This document shows, piece by piece, positions 46,408 to 64,000 of a DNA stretch of 64,000 bases. The notes under the pieces were generated by a model. The model saw nothing but the letters and a program-made list of their open reading frames with translations. It did no database searches and was not told where the DNA came from. Source of the DNA: Salpingoeca rosetta (Eukaryota > Protista > Choanoflagellata); the NCBI GenBank assembly GCA_033442325.1, contig JAWQFM010000026.1, positions 105,339-169,338 on the forward strand, written 5' to 3'. Position numbers and translations under genes: made by a program. The first letter of the stretch is position 1. Every line of letters starts with the position of its first letter.

Positions 46408-49017
46408 GCACGCACACACACACACACACATGTGAACGCATGCCGGCAACCTTTGCAGGCACGGCGACAACATCACCGTGTCCTGGAGTGGTGTGAGCAA
46501 GCCAAGCCTGAACGATTGGATCGGTGCATACCTTCAGCACGATGATGTGAAGAACACTGCGCCCATCAAGTTCCAGTTTGCCGCCTTCTCAAAGGACTAC
46601 CTGAAGACTGGTCAGCGATGAGGGGGAAAGCAGCTTCATCTCAGTTGCGGAAGCGGTTCTTTACCCATGGAGTCTGTGGCGCGTATTTGTGTGCACGGCG
46701 AGTGCATGTGCGTGTGTGTATGTCTGCGCGTGCATATGTGCAGCTGGTGGTATTGTCAGAGCATCTCATCGTCGTGGCTGCCCGGCCTTTTATCTGCACA
46801 CTGCCCATCACGTTGCCAGGGTCTGGCAGCTTTGTGTTTCGTCTCATGAACATGCGTGACGACTACGTCTTCGTCTTCTTCCGCGATGGGCTGGAGAAAC
46901 CCAAGGCCGCCACAGCCTCCAACCCCGTCAAGGTGACGTCGCGGTGTGTATGTGTGTGTATGTGTGTGTATGTATGTGTGTATGTATGTATGTATGTATG
47001 TATGTATGTATGTATGAATGTATGTATGTATGTATGTATGTATGTATGTATGTATGTATGTATGTATGTATGTATGTATGTATGTATGTATGTATGTATG
47101 TGCGTACGCCTCTCTGTATGTGTGTGTGTGCGCGCGCGCGAGACATGTGGGCTGTTGGTCGTGCTGCGGGGGAATTGTGTCCCGCCTATCCCTCATCTGA
47201 TACCGCCGTTACCGTCACCGCGCGGTGTGATGCGATGTGCGGGGACAGGTGGAGAACGCAAACGAGCCGCTGCAGGGCCGCGTGTCACTGACAAACGACA
47301 CGACAAGCATGAAGGTCTCATGGACCACTCGCAACAGGTCGGTGGTTTGGTTTTACTTGCGATGATTTCCACGGATGACACGTGACGCATTGTGAAGCAC
47401 TTTGCTCTCGCAGCTGCTGCTATGATGCAAGCACACACACGTATACTTGCTTGCAATCACGGACATGCAAGCGCGCACACAAACACACACACACACACAC
47501 ATACACATGCAAACATATTCACACGCCAGCTCGCGTTCCTTTCATGGTCTCCGTATTTCAGTACGTCTCCCGTTGTGCGCTGGGGATTTTCCTCTGGCGA
47601 ATACACACACACGGCCCACGCCCACTCTTACACATACACAACCAAGGACATGTGCGTTGACAGGGCAAGAGGGGGCTTGCGTGATTGTGCGTGTGCTTGT
47701 GTGTGTGCGTGTGCGTGTGTGTGTGTTGTGTGTGTGTGCGTGTGTGTGACTGTGTGTGCATTGTGTGTGTCTACCCATCTCAAGGTGAGTGCTTACCACC
47801 TTCCACTACCTTACACTACTGCCCCCCCCCACAAATCCTGGCTGCTGCTGCATCTTGAAGGTGCGGCCCTCCTGCTGTGACGGTTGGCTTCCGCTCGCCA
47901 GGCCTCTTCCACTCTGCAATCATCACCAACCTCAGCCCAGGTCAGCCGCGCTGCGAACGCGTCGGTTGCGTGAATGGCCGATGAGATGGTCGTTGGATGC
48001 GTGAGTTTAGTTATTCGATAGCTGGGGTGGTTGTGACGACGGATGTTTGTGTGCAAATGCGTTTCTCCGTACGGAAACACCAATGTGTATATGTGCAGAC
48101 CCTTGTTGCGTCCCTACCAAAAATCATCAACGCGCGCTTACTTTGCCTGCTGTACCCGCTCTGCTTGTTCGTCGCCTCCTCCTCCCCCCCCCCCTCTTTT
48201 TTCCACCGACGCTCTCCGCAGGCCAGCGTGTGTATTACATCTTTGGCGATGACAAGCACGGGTAAGGGCTGCACAGCATCCGCTGCGCCCGCACGTGTTG
48301 GCGAACATGGTTACGTTTTATGTTACGTGATCACCTCCCTTCTCCAGTCACTCTGCTCTTCTTGTGTTCTTTTGTTCGCTGTTGGTGCGGCGACGTCTCT
48401 GCGCTGCCCGCCCCCTTTCCACCCCTCACACCACCATGTTCTCCGTTGCCCCTCTTCTTCTCCGTTCATCATACCACGCAATCTCAATTCCCCCCTCCCC
48501 ATCATGACGCAATGTGCACAGGTTCAGCAAGGAGCACTCCTTCCGCCACGCCCCCGCCCCAGGCGCCGCCGTCAACGCAATTGCGTTTGGCGATCTTGGG
48601 CAGCACGTCCTCGACCACTCTCTCCAGCAGGTGACACCGCGCGTGTGCGTGCGTGTATGTGTGTGTATGTGTGTGTGTATGTGTGTGTGTATGTGCGTGT
48701 ATGTGTGTGTGTATGTGTGTGTGTGTGTGGGTTGGGGGGGGGGTGGGCTGTGCGAGTGTGTACTCGTGTATGTGGAACAAGTAGTGAGCGTGGTTGTGTT
48801 TCCATGAACAGGTGATTGCTTCATCTCTCAACACCTCTCCACCAACCCTTGATTGCACACCACATCCACCACTGCCGCGGATCAGACGGACATGGCGCCG
48901 AGCCGCAACACGACCGACGGCATCGAGGCCGAAATCGCCGACAAGCACCTCCTCATGCACATCGGAGACATCTCATGTGCGTGCTCCGTGTGTGCTGTGC
49001 GTGCTCTCTGGGTGTGT

Positions 49018-49053
<36 letters not shown>

Positions 49054-50178
49054 CGAAATCATCTGTTGCTCACCACAGTCACTGTCCAAACATCCCCTCA
49101 TTATGTGCGTGCGTGCATGTGTGCGTGCAGATGCGCGCGGGTACGTTTCGCAGTGGGAGCAGTTCCACGACCAGATTGAGCCCATCGCCACCTCCCTCCC
49201 CTACATGACCGCCATCGGAAACCACGAGCGTGACTGGCCAGGCACAGGTGCACGTCTTGCGCCGTGATGTGTGTAGGTGCACGTGTATGTGATGCTATTG
49301 TGTGTAGGTTTGTGTATTTGTTGTGTGTGTTTGTTTATTGTGAGTGTTTGTTTGTTGTGAGTGTGTGTGTGTATTTGTTGTGTTTGTGTGTGTTTGGCAT
49401 CAACAGCACGCTGCTGGTTAGGAGTCTTCATGTAACCAACCACCCATCCCACCATCTGACCATCCCAACAACACCCCCCCCCCTTCCTCCTCCAAACACA
49501 GGCACGACGGGCAACACGGATTCTGGCGGGGAGTGTGGGGTTGCGTATGAGCTGCGCTTCCCCATGCCAACCGAGAGCCGGGACGAGCCGTGGTACGCGT
49601 TTGACTTTGGAGTCCTTCACGTCATCATGATCTCCACCGAGCAGGACTTCAAGCAGGGCAGCAAGCAGCACGATTACATCATGGTGCGTGTGCGTGCGTG
49701 TGTGTGTGTGCGTGTGTGTGTTGCTTGTGCTGTTGGAATGGGTGTGCTCTTTGCTGGCAGTTGTGTGTGTGTGTGTGCGCGCGTGTGTGTGCGTATATAT
49801 GTGTTTACATTGGTTGCTCCTGCTGCGAGGATGACTTGCGTGCGTGGACTTGATTTGCGTGCAACTAATGTAAGGTTGACACACTCCCTCGACCTCAAAA
49901 CACCCACAAACACGTTTCACCACCTCCTTCCCCACATACAATACCTGCGGCCCCTCCCCAATCTACGACGCGAACAGCGGGACCTGAAGTCCATTGACCG
50001 GACGAAAACGCCGTGGGTCATCTTCGCTGGGCACCGCCCCTTTTACATCGACTCCACAAACTGGGAACCCCACGGAGGTGAGCGCAACGGCAGTGATTGG
50101 TGGTGGTGGTGGTGATTGGTGGTCGAAGTATGGGTGATCTCGCAAGCACGGCAACGCGGTACGTACTGTCTCCCAACG

Positions 50179-50259
<81 letters not shown>

Positions 50260-50771
50260 CAATGTGCAGGTGACCAGACGGTTGCTGAGGACATGCGCAA
50301 GACGTACGAGGATGTGCTGTTTGACAACAAGGTCGACCTCATCTTTGGTGCTCACCACCACAGCTACCAGCGCACGTGCCACGGTAGGGTGATCGATGGA
50401 TTGAGGGATGGATGGATGGATGGAGGGAGGGAGGGAGAGGATGTATTGGAGAGGTGCTCGGGAGGTGGTGGTTGTGGTGTCAGAGTTTGTTGCTTGCTTG
50501 TGACCGCCATTTGTCATCGCCTCCTTCTCCAACCTCCCACCAACCACCAACCACCACACCAAGAATCACCACAACCACAGCCCCCCCTCCCATCATAACC
50601 ACCACAACCACATCATGTCCCACGTTGCAGTGTACCAGAACAAGTGCGTGAACACGACGACTGCCGACGGCTACCGCGGCCCCGTCACCGTCGACATCGG
50701 TATGGCCGGCGCAGGCAACAGCCAGAACATCCAGAACCCGCAGCCAGAGATCTTCAAGGTGCCGTGTCGCG

Positions 50772-50867
<96 letters not shown>

Positions 50868-51126
50868 GTGTGTGTGTGTGTGCGTGTGTGCGTGTGTTTG
50901 CCCAATGTGTAGGTGTGCCCGCATTCCATTCCCCCACACCCGCAAGCTCATCACCGCGCGTGCCACTCACAATCCTTGTTGCGTGCTGTGCATTGTTGGT
51001 TTACAGTTTGTGGACGACAGCCACCACGGGTTCACCCGCATCATGGCCAATATGACGCACTTCCACATGCAATACGTCCGCGGTGATGACCGCAAGGTGC
51101 ACGACGAGTTTGTTCTCGTCAAGTGA
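46034..51126 (+). CDS. Secreted purple acid phosphatase, plant NPP/PAP-type with N-terminal Fn3-like domains, about 16 exons
   Basis: Signal peptide; DWIGAY..TAPIKFQF; FRLMNMRDDYVFVFF; metallophosphoesterase motifs GDLG, GDISY, GNHE, AGHRP and AHHH; DSGGECGV; ends DEFVLVK*. Confidence 0.93.
46980..47100 (+). repeat. (TATG)n microsatellite, intronic
   Basis: Directly visible. Confidence 0.95.
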
Positions 51127-51493
51127 AGATGAGGACCGCTGCCGTGCCTCCTTTGCCATTCACCTCTTCCCTTCTTCCTTCCTTTCCGTCTTCCTTCCTT
51201 CCTTGCTTCCTTGCTTCTTTCCTTCCATCCATCTGCTTGCCTATCAATGTTCGTTGCGCTTTTGGTTTTCGTTATGTTCCTCGTCCTCGCCCTCGTCCTC
51301 GTCCTCGTCCTCCTCCTCCTCTTCTCCACTTTTGTTCCTTTCGTTACTCCACTCGCTGTCTTCATCTTCATGCTGCAAGCACGTGCTGTGATGTGCTGCG
51401 ACATGACCTGCACCAGCCCTGCGACCACCATCAACTCACATCAAGCAAGAAGCAAGCGAGACGGAGGCAGTGTGGTCTGACGCGTGTTGCGAA

Positions 51494-51559
<66 letters not shown>

Positions 51560-51602
51560 AAGCACACACACACACACACAAAAGAACACACACACACACT
51601 CA

Positions 51603-51637
<35 letters not shown>

Positions 51638-51647
51638 CACACACGTA

Positions 51648-51748
<101 letters not shown>

Positions 51749-52114
51749 CACACACACACGTACACACCTCATTCACGACAGCACAAGTTGTAGCGGATAT
51801 GGACTTGGTCTGGGTGTGTGCGAAAGGACAACAACAAACCACACTTGCTTGCTTCTGCTTGCTTGTTGTGTGCTTGCGTGCTCCTTCTTCTACCGCTGCT
51901 TGCTCCCTGTCGCATCCATTCCCACTGCCAACACCACGCATACCCTCGCTTCTTGTGTGCTCTTGAGTCCCTCGTTTGAGTTTCTTGTGTGTCGCATCAT
52001 GTCACCGCATGCATCATCACCACCTACCTGCTCACACTTCCTCATTTCATTGTCATCGTCACACCTTGATCGCCTCCTCCAAAACCTCAGAACTCCATTG
52101 AGCGGTCCCTGGGC

Positions 52115-59032
<6,918 letters not shown>

Positions 59033-59607
59033 AAGATCAATCACATGCAAACACACACATACACACACCTTCAAAGCACGTCCACCTGCTTCCGTTATCC
59101 CTCCCTTTCCTGCTGCGTTGCTTTGCGCCTAAATGGTTGTCGTTAGTCTTGTTGTTGCAATCTGCTTGTTTGCTTGTTGCTTTGTGTGCGTCTCGGTTTG
59201 CATGCGCTTAGTTTGGTCTTGCATGCATGTGTGCTTGTGCTGGCGTGCCTTCTCCTCCCGTTTTGTCGCACACACGCGCACGTTTGTGCTTGGTGCATTC
59301 ATTGGCTGGTTGTGTATTGCATGCCGTACCACACCAACCACTGGACGAGAAGAGGAGTACACACGAAGCGTCCACATGTACCAACAAAACGAAAGTCTAC
59401 GATGAACAAAACAACACAGCTCCACAAGCATTTCAGCACCACTCTTCTTCTTCTTGTTCAAGCATCCCTCGCTCACCTCCCCTTTGTAACCTGCTTCCTG
59501 CTTACGCTTTCACTTCTGAACGCAACACACGAACATCCACAGCTCACCCATCACCACCGTCAACTAATCATCATCGTCACCACCACCACCACCATCATCG
59601 TGTCCAC

Positions 59608-59983
59608 TCAGTTGTATGCCTCGACGAGTTGTGACATGGGTCCGTCGAGATCAGCCCGCATGGCGAGCACCGCGCCTGCCAATGGGTGGTGGGTGGCGTG
59701 TTGAGGCGATGGGCGATGAGCGGGAAACACGAGAGGTCACAGAAGCACATGGAAGAACCGTAAAGACCACAAACACACGTGCGCCCACCCTTCTCCCCTT
59801 CGCACCGATTGCTGCTTCGTCATCGGCGGCGAGCACGAACGTCAACACAAGCGGCCCAAACAGCATTTGCACAACCTGGGGCCACGCAAGAATACAGCAC
59901 ACGTACAGGTAGGGGGGAGGGGAAGGGTGATTGAGAGAAACGAAACCACGCGCGCGCACACATATACAGGGCCACAGAGACGG

Positions 59984-60062
<79 letters not shown>

Positions 60063-60494
60063 CACCACAATCATACATCAACCCCAACACACTTACGTTT
60101 CCTGACGCGGCTTGCAACACGGCAGCTTTGAGGGCTCCAAAGTTCAGCGCGGGCAACTGCAAGGGGTTCACACCCCGCCATTGAAAAAAACACGAGTCAG
60201 CCCAAAGCGAAGCGAAACAGCCGTCACAGCACAGGCAGGCGACGCGCATGCCTTCACGCGCACATGCAGCGACACATCTGTACATACCCTGCGGTTCATG
60301 GCTTTTGCAAGCTCTGGAAGGAGCTGGACATTGTGCAGGCGATTCCGGGGCTCGGATACAGTCGCTGTCGACCAGCCGACACACAACATCACAAGCAACG
60401 AAGAAAAGTTTGGTGAGCTACAGGCGTGAAGATGTTCCAGCACGCTCACCATGGTCACGCGCAATCTCACAGCCCATAGACGAAGCTCCAGGTA

Positions 60495-60565
<71 letters not shown>

Positions 60566-60828
60566 AGGCATGTAATTACACGTGAATATACGAGCGCATG
60601 CGCAAATCAGTGCCCACGCGCCGCCTCCATGTCTCACCTTCGCAGATCAATCGGCCCTGCACGCTCGACAGCATGACTTGGTCAACCTGATCTCGCCTGC
60701 ACATACACGTATCGATAGCCGAAGCAATGCAACACATCATACCACAACAGAGCCAAATACCATGCCCTGGTGAGCCACTTTGCTGGAGCACCACCAAATG
60801 CATCCTCCTCCTCCTCCCCCTCCTTCAT
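59608..60828 (-). CDS. LAMTOR3: Roadblock-fold Ragulator subunit, LAMTOR3/MP1-like (about 133 aa, 6 exons)
   Basis: GT-AG splicing gives MKEGEEEEDAFGGAPAKWLTRAWRDQVDQVMLSSVQGRLICEATVSEPRNRLHNVQLLPELAKAMNRRLPALNFGALKAAVLQAASGNVVQMLFGPLVLTFVLAADDEAAIGAVLAMRADLDGPMSQLVEAYN*. The C-terminal half parallels recalled LAMTOR3 VVQFNRLPLVVSFIA...G..L..EL.P. Confidence 0.65.
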
Positions 60829-61157
60829 AGATCAGACACACACCACGACCCTGTCGAGGACGTTTATGTCTATGCACATGGCAATTCAACAGTTATGCAC
60901 AGGTAAAGCAAGTGGTACACACAGCATCAAACAAGCACCCAAGTATGAAACAAAAGCAAGGGCTTTCCCCGCTCCCTCACTCGTCATCATCATCCAACAC
61001 ACATCATTCAACGGCAAGCAACAAGGTAGCAAGCAAGTAAGCAAGCACAGCCAAGACTCACAGCAGCGAGCGCACAAACTCCTCAGTCTGCATGTTGTTG
61101 TTGTCGCCTTCTCCAAACCAGCGGGTGCGATTGTAGAAAATTATGTGAAAATGTCGG

Positions 61158-63433
61158 CTAATTGTCGTAGTTGAACAGCAGCATGTCCTCCTCATCGCTC
61201 ACATCAGCGTCACCACCACGATTGTTGTTGTGCTGCAGTTCACGGCTCATCGTGCCGCCTCGACGACCATGAGTGCCATCAGTGTCGGTGACAGGGCCTG
61301 GTGTTGACGTATCAGTGTCAGCAACAGCATCATCAAAGTTTGGCGCGGGAGGTGGGAGCGAGCGGTGAGCATCATCATCAGCATCGCCTGTAGTTTGGGA
61401 GGCGCGTGGTGATGAGGCAGTGTTCGCCCTCAGCTGCTTGATGTGGGAGCGTGTGTGCTGCACGTCATCGTGGTGCTTCTTGCTGAACTTGAAGGCGGGC
61501 GTGTCTTCGAGGCTGGCGTCCTGGTAGTGGTAGCGGTGCTTCTCCACGTACTCCCGAATAAACTCGTCAAGCGACACCCAGCCCCCGCCAACACGCACCA
61601 TGAAGTTGTTGCCGCGCTGCGCCACATTCACCACCTTGAAGTCGTTTCCATACAGGAACCGGTACTTGCCCCGGCCAAGGAACGACACGTGCTCGTCCCC
61701 AAGCCCGTGCTTCTGCAGCACGTCAGACACCGCCCTGTGCACCGCGTCCTTCGACGCCTTGACAAACGCGCTGCTCAGCCGCCGCGATGGCGTCTCCGGG
61801 CGTGGGGACCGCGCCACCCTGGACGACGACGACGATGTCGACGACGCCCGCCGCTGCAACCGCTCCCGCAGCGCGTCAAGTTCCTTCTGCAGCCGCGCAA
61901 TCTCCTCCCTCGCCTCCGCAAGCAGCGCACGCGTCTGCTCCAACTCCGCCGTCAGCGCCGCCACCTGCTCGGCTGCGGGCCGCATGTCCTCCAACTCCTG
62001 GTGTGCGGCCGCAACCTCCTCCTCCGCCCGCGCCGCGCGTGCCATCGCCTCCTGCAGGTCTGTGCGCAGCTGTGCGGCTGCTGCAGCCTCTTCCTCCACC
62101 GCTGCCGCCCACTCCCGCCGTTGCTGCTCCACCTGTGCCTCCAGGGCAAGGGCCTTGGCCTCAAGCTCGGCAACCTGCTGCGACAGGCGCCGGTTCTCTG
62201 CCTGGGCAGCGGCAGCGCGCGCGTTGCCTTCGTCCTGCTTGCTCTCCTCGCACGCCCTCAGCGCACGTGTCAGCTCATCAACACGTGCTTGAAGGCGCGC
62301 AATCTCATCAGCACTGGATGCGGCTTCAGACTCCAGCCGCGTAAGGTTGGCCTTGTCTGTCTCACTGACGGCACGAAGGGCTGCCAGCTGCTGCTCAAGG
62401 TCCTGTGCTTTGCTTGCAAGCTCGGATTCACGGTGCTTGCTGTCATCGCTGGTGGCGTCGAGGCGTCGCTCGAGCTCCGCAATGCGGTCCTTCAGCTCGC
62501 CCTGCACCTTGCCGTGCGTCGCCTTGCTCTCCGCAAGTGCCTCGTCCATGGCTCGCTTGTCTTCCTCCCGCAGCTCCTGCAGCTTCTTCTGCTGCGCCCG
62601 CAGCGCTTCCTCCTCCCGCGCTGCCTCAGCAACAGCGCCCTCAAGCCGCTTCACCTCCCCGGCATGCGCCTGCTTCGCCTCCTCAAGCTCCCGCCTTGCA
62701 GCATCAGCGCCCTTCCGCGCGTCCTCAAGAGCTTTCTGCGTCTCCTCAAGCGCACCTTGCGTCTTGCGCTGCTTCTCCGCGCTCGCCGCTGCGTCCTTCT
62801 CAGCCTCCTCCGCCGCTGCATTGAGCCGTTGATTGAGCTGCGCGATGGTGCTGATGAGTGAGGCCACGTCACTGTCATGCGTGCGCTGAGTGGCGGCAGC
62901 GGCTGCTTGGTGCTCGTCCACCATGGCTTGTAGCGTGGCAACGCGTTCCTTGTGCGCCGCCACGGCTACCTGGTGTGTTTCCTTGCTCTCCCTCATTTCC
63001 TCCTCCAGCTCGCTTCGACGCTGTTCAAATGCCTCGCGCTCTTTCGTCCGCATCTCTTTGCTGTGGTGCAGCTCGTCCCTGACGGCGGCGAGTTCGGCTG
63101 CGAGGCGCTTGGTGTCGCCGTTGGTCGCTGCTGCCGCTGCTGCTGCCGCCTCTTCCTGCTTGAGCGACTCTGCCCGGAGCACCTCGGCCTCCTTCTTGGC
63201 GGCGGCGGCGGCCTGCTCTGCTGCTTCCAGCTGCTGCTTCAGATGCGCAATGTCGTCCTGCTGCTCCTTGTTGGCGGCGTTGGCGGCCCTCAGCTTTCTC
63301 CGCAGCTCCGCGATGCGCCCGTGCAGGCCTTCCACAACCGCTACGCACACATGTGGAACACAGGGGGGGGGGAGGCGAACAAAGGGTGAGCCACATGGAG
63401 TGTGTGCGTGCGTGCGTGTGCGTGCGTGCGTGC

Positions 63434-63501
<68 letters not shown>

Positions 63502-64000
63502 GTGTGTGTGTGTGTGTGCGTATGAAACCGAGTGGCAGGGGTCGTAGTACAGTGGAAGCCCCATGCAGGAGCGACGACACGAGAGAGGGTGTTGTGCATT
63601 CGCAAATGGATGACTGACCAATGTTACTGAGCGACTCTGCATCGAGGCCCTGCACGTGACATCGTGAAGAGGACAAGAGAAGGGGAGTGGGCGAAGGAGG
63701 GAGAGGGGCGCATTGCAGCGGTGCGGAGCATGTGAGAGGAGGAAGAGAGAAGTGAATGGGATGCAGAGGATGTCAACAGTTGGGTGCATGGAAATGGGGA
63801 AAGGGGAGGGGGACAGGGAGGGAGGGAGGGAGGGAGAGTGACGTGAGCATGCACAACACACACACACACACCCTCGCACACACACACACACACACGCACG
63901 CACACACACACGCGCGCGCGCACACACACGCACACACACACAAGCACAGCGCACCTCCTTCCATGAGCCGTCGGGTGCGTGTTCGGCGAGCCAATGGTAC
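61158..64000 (-). CDS. Coiled-coil + GAS2/GAR-domain protein, short paralog (about 800 aa; 5' end beyond window)
   Basis: Exons >64000-63955, 63649-63619 and 63340-61158. The reading frame is intact and near-identical to the 37144-44729 gene minus the array. Same GAR motif, plus a unique ~100-aa C-terminal tail. Confidence 0.88.
61459..64000 (-). repeat. Inverted segmental duplicate of 37305-38830 plus 43370-44716, introns included
   Basis: The reverse complement matches exon and intron sequence (e.g. gcatccca ttcacttctc tcttcctcct ctcacatgct ccgca). Identity ends just after ...AAGCACCACGATGA.GTGCA. Confidence 0.95.

Overview
Gene-dense, intron-rich eukaryotic genomic DNA with six N-gaps. 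Introns are short, GT-AG, and packed with (CA)n/(GT)n and related microsatellites. Together with the holozoan-type gene set this suggests a choanoflagellate, most likely Salpingoeca rosetta (inferred, not verified). Manual exon splicing gives about 15 protein genes, in order: 3' end of an unknown gene; PH-domain protein; LARP7-like La/RRM/xRRM protein; AP-2 alpha-adaptin; ProX/PrdX (YbaK-family) deacylase domain; ELO fatty-acid elongase; MYO1D-like myosin I; GH27 alpha-galactosidase; intronless SBBP beta-propeller/mucin-stalk/TM receptor; giant coiled-coil GAS2(GAR)-domain protein with a 714-nt tandem array; NME6-like NDP kinase; plant-type purple acid phosphatase; SNX29-like RUN+PX protein; divergent LAMTOR3-like protein not recovered as an intact ORF by the ORF track; and an inverted short paralog of the GAR protein. 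Most notable: (1) the inverted long/short GAR coiled-coil pair, with heptad-exact repeats and mosaic variants, flanking a potentially invertible 16.7-kb block; (2) the prokaryote-like propeller receptor with NPxY and PDZ-ligand tail; (3) a GU-rich-5' / CA-rich-3' complementary polarity within introns. No tRNA, rRNA, CRISPR array or transposase was recognised.
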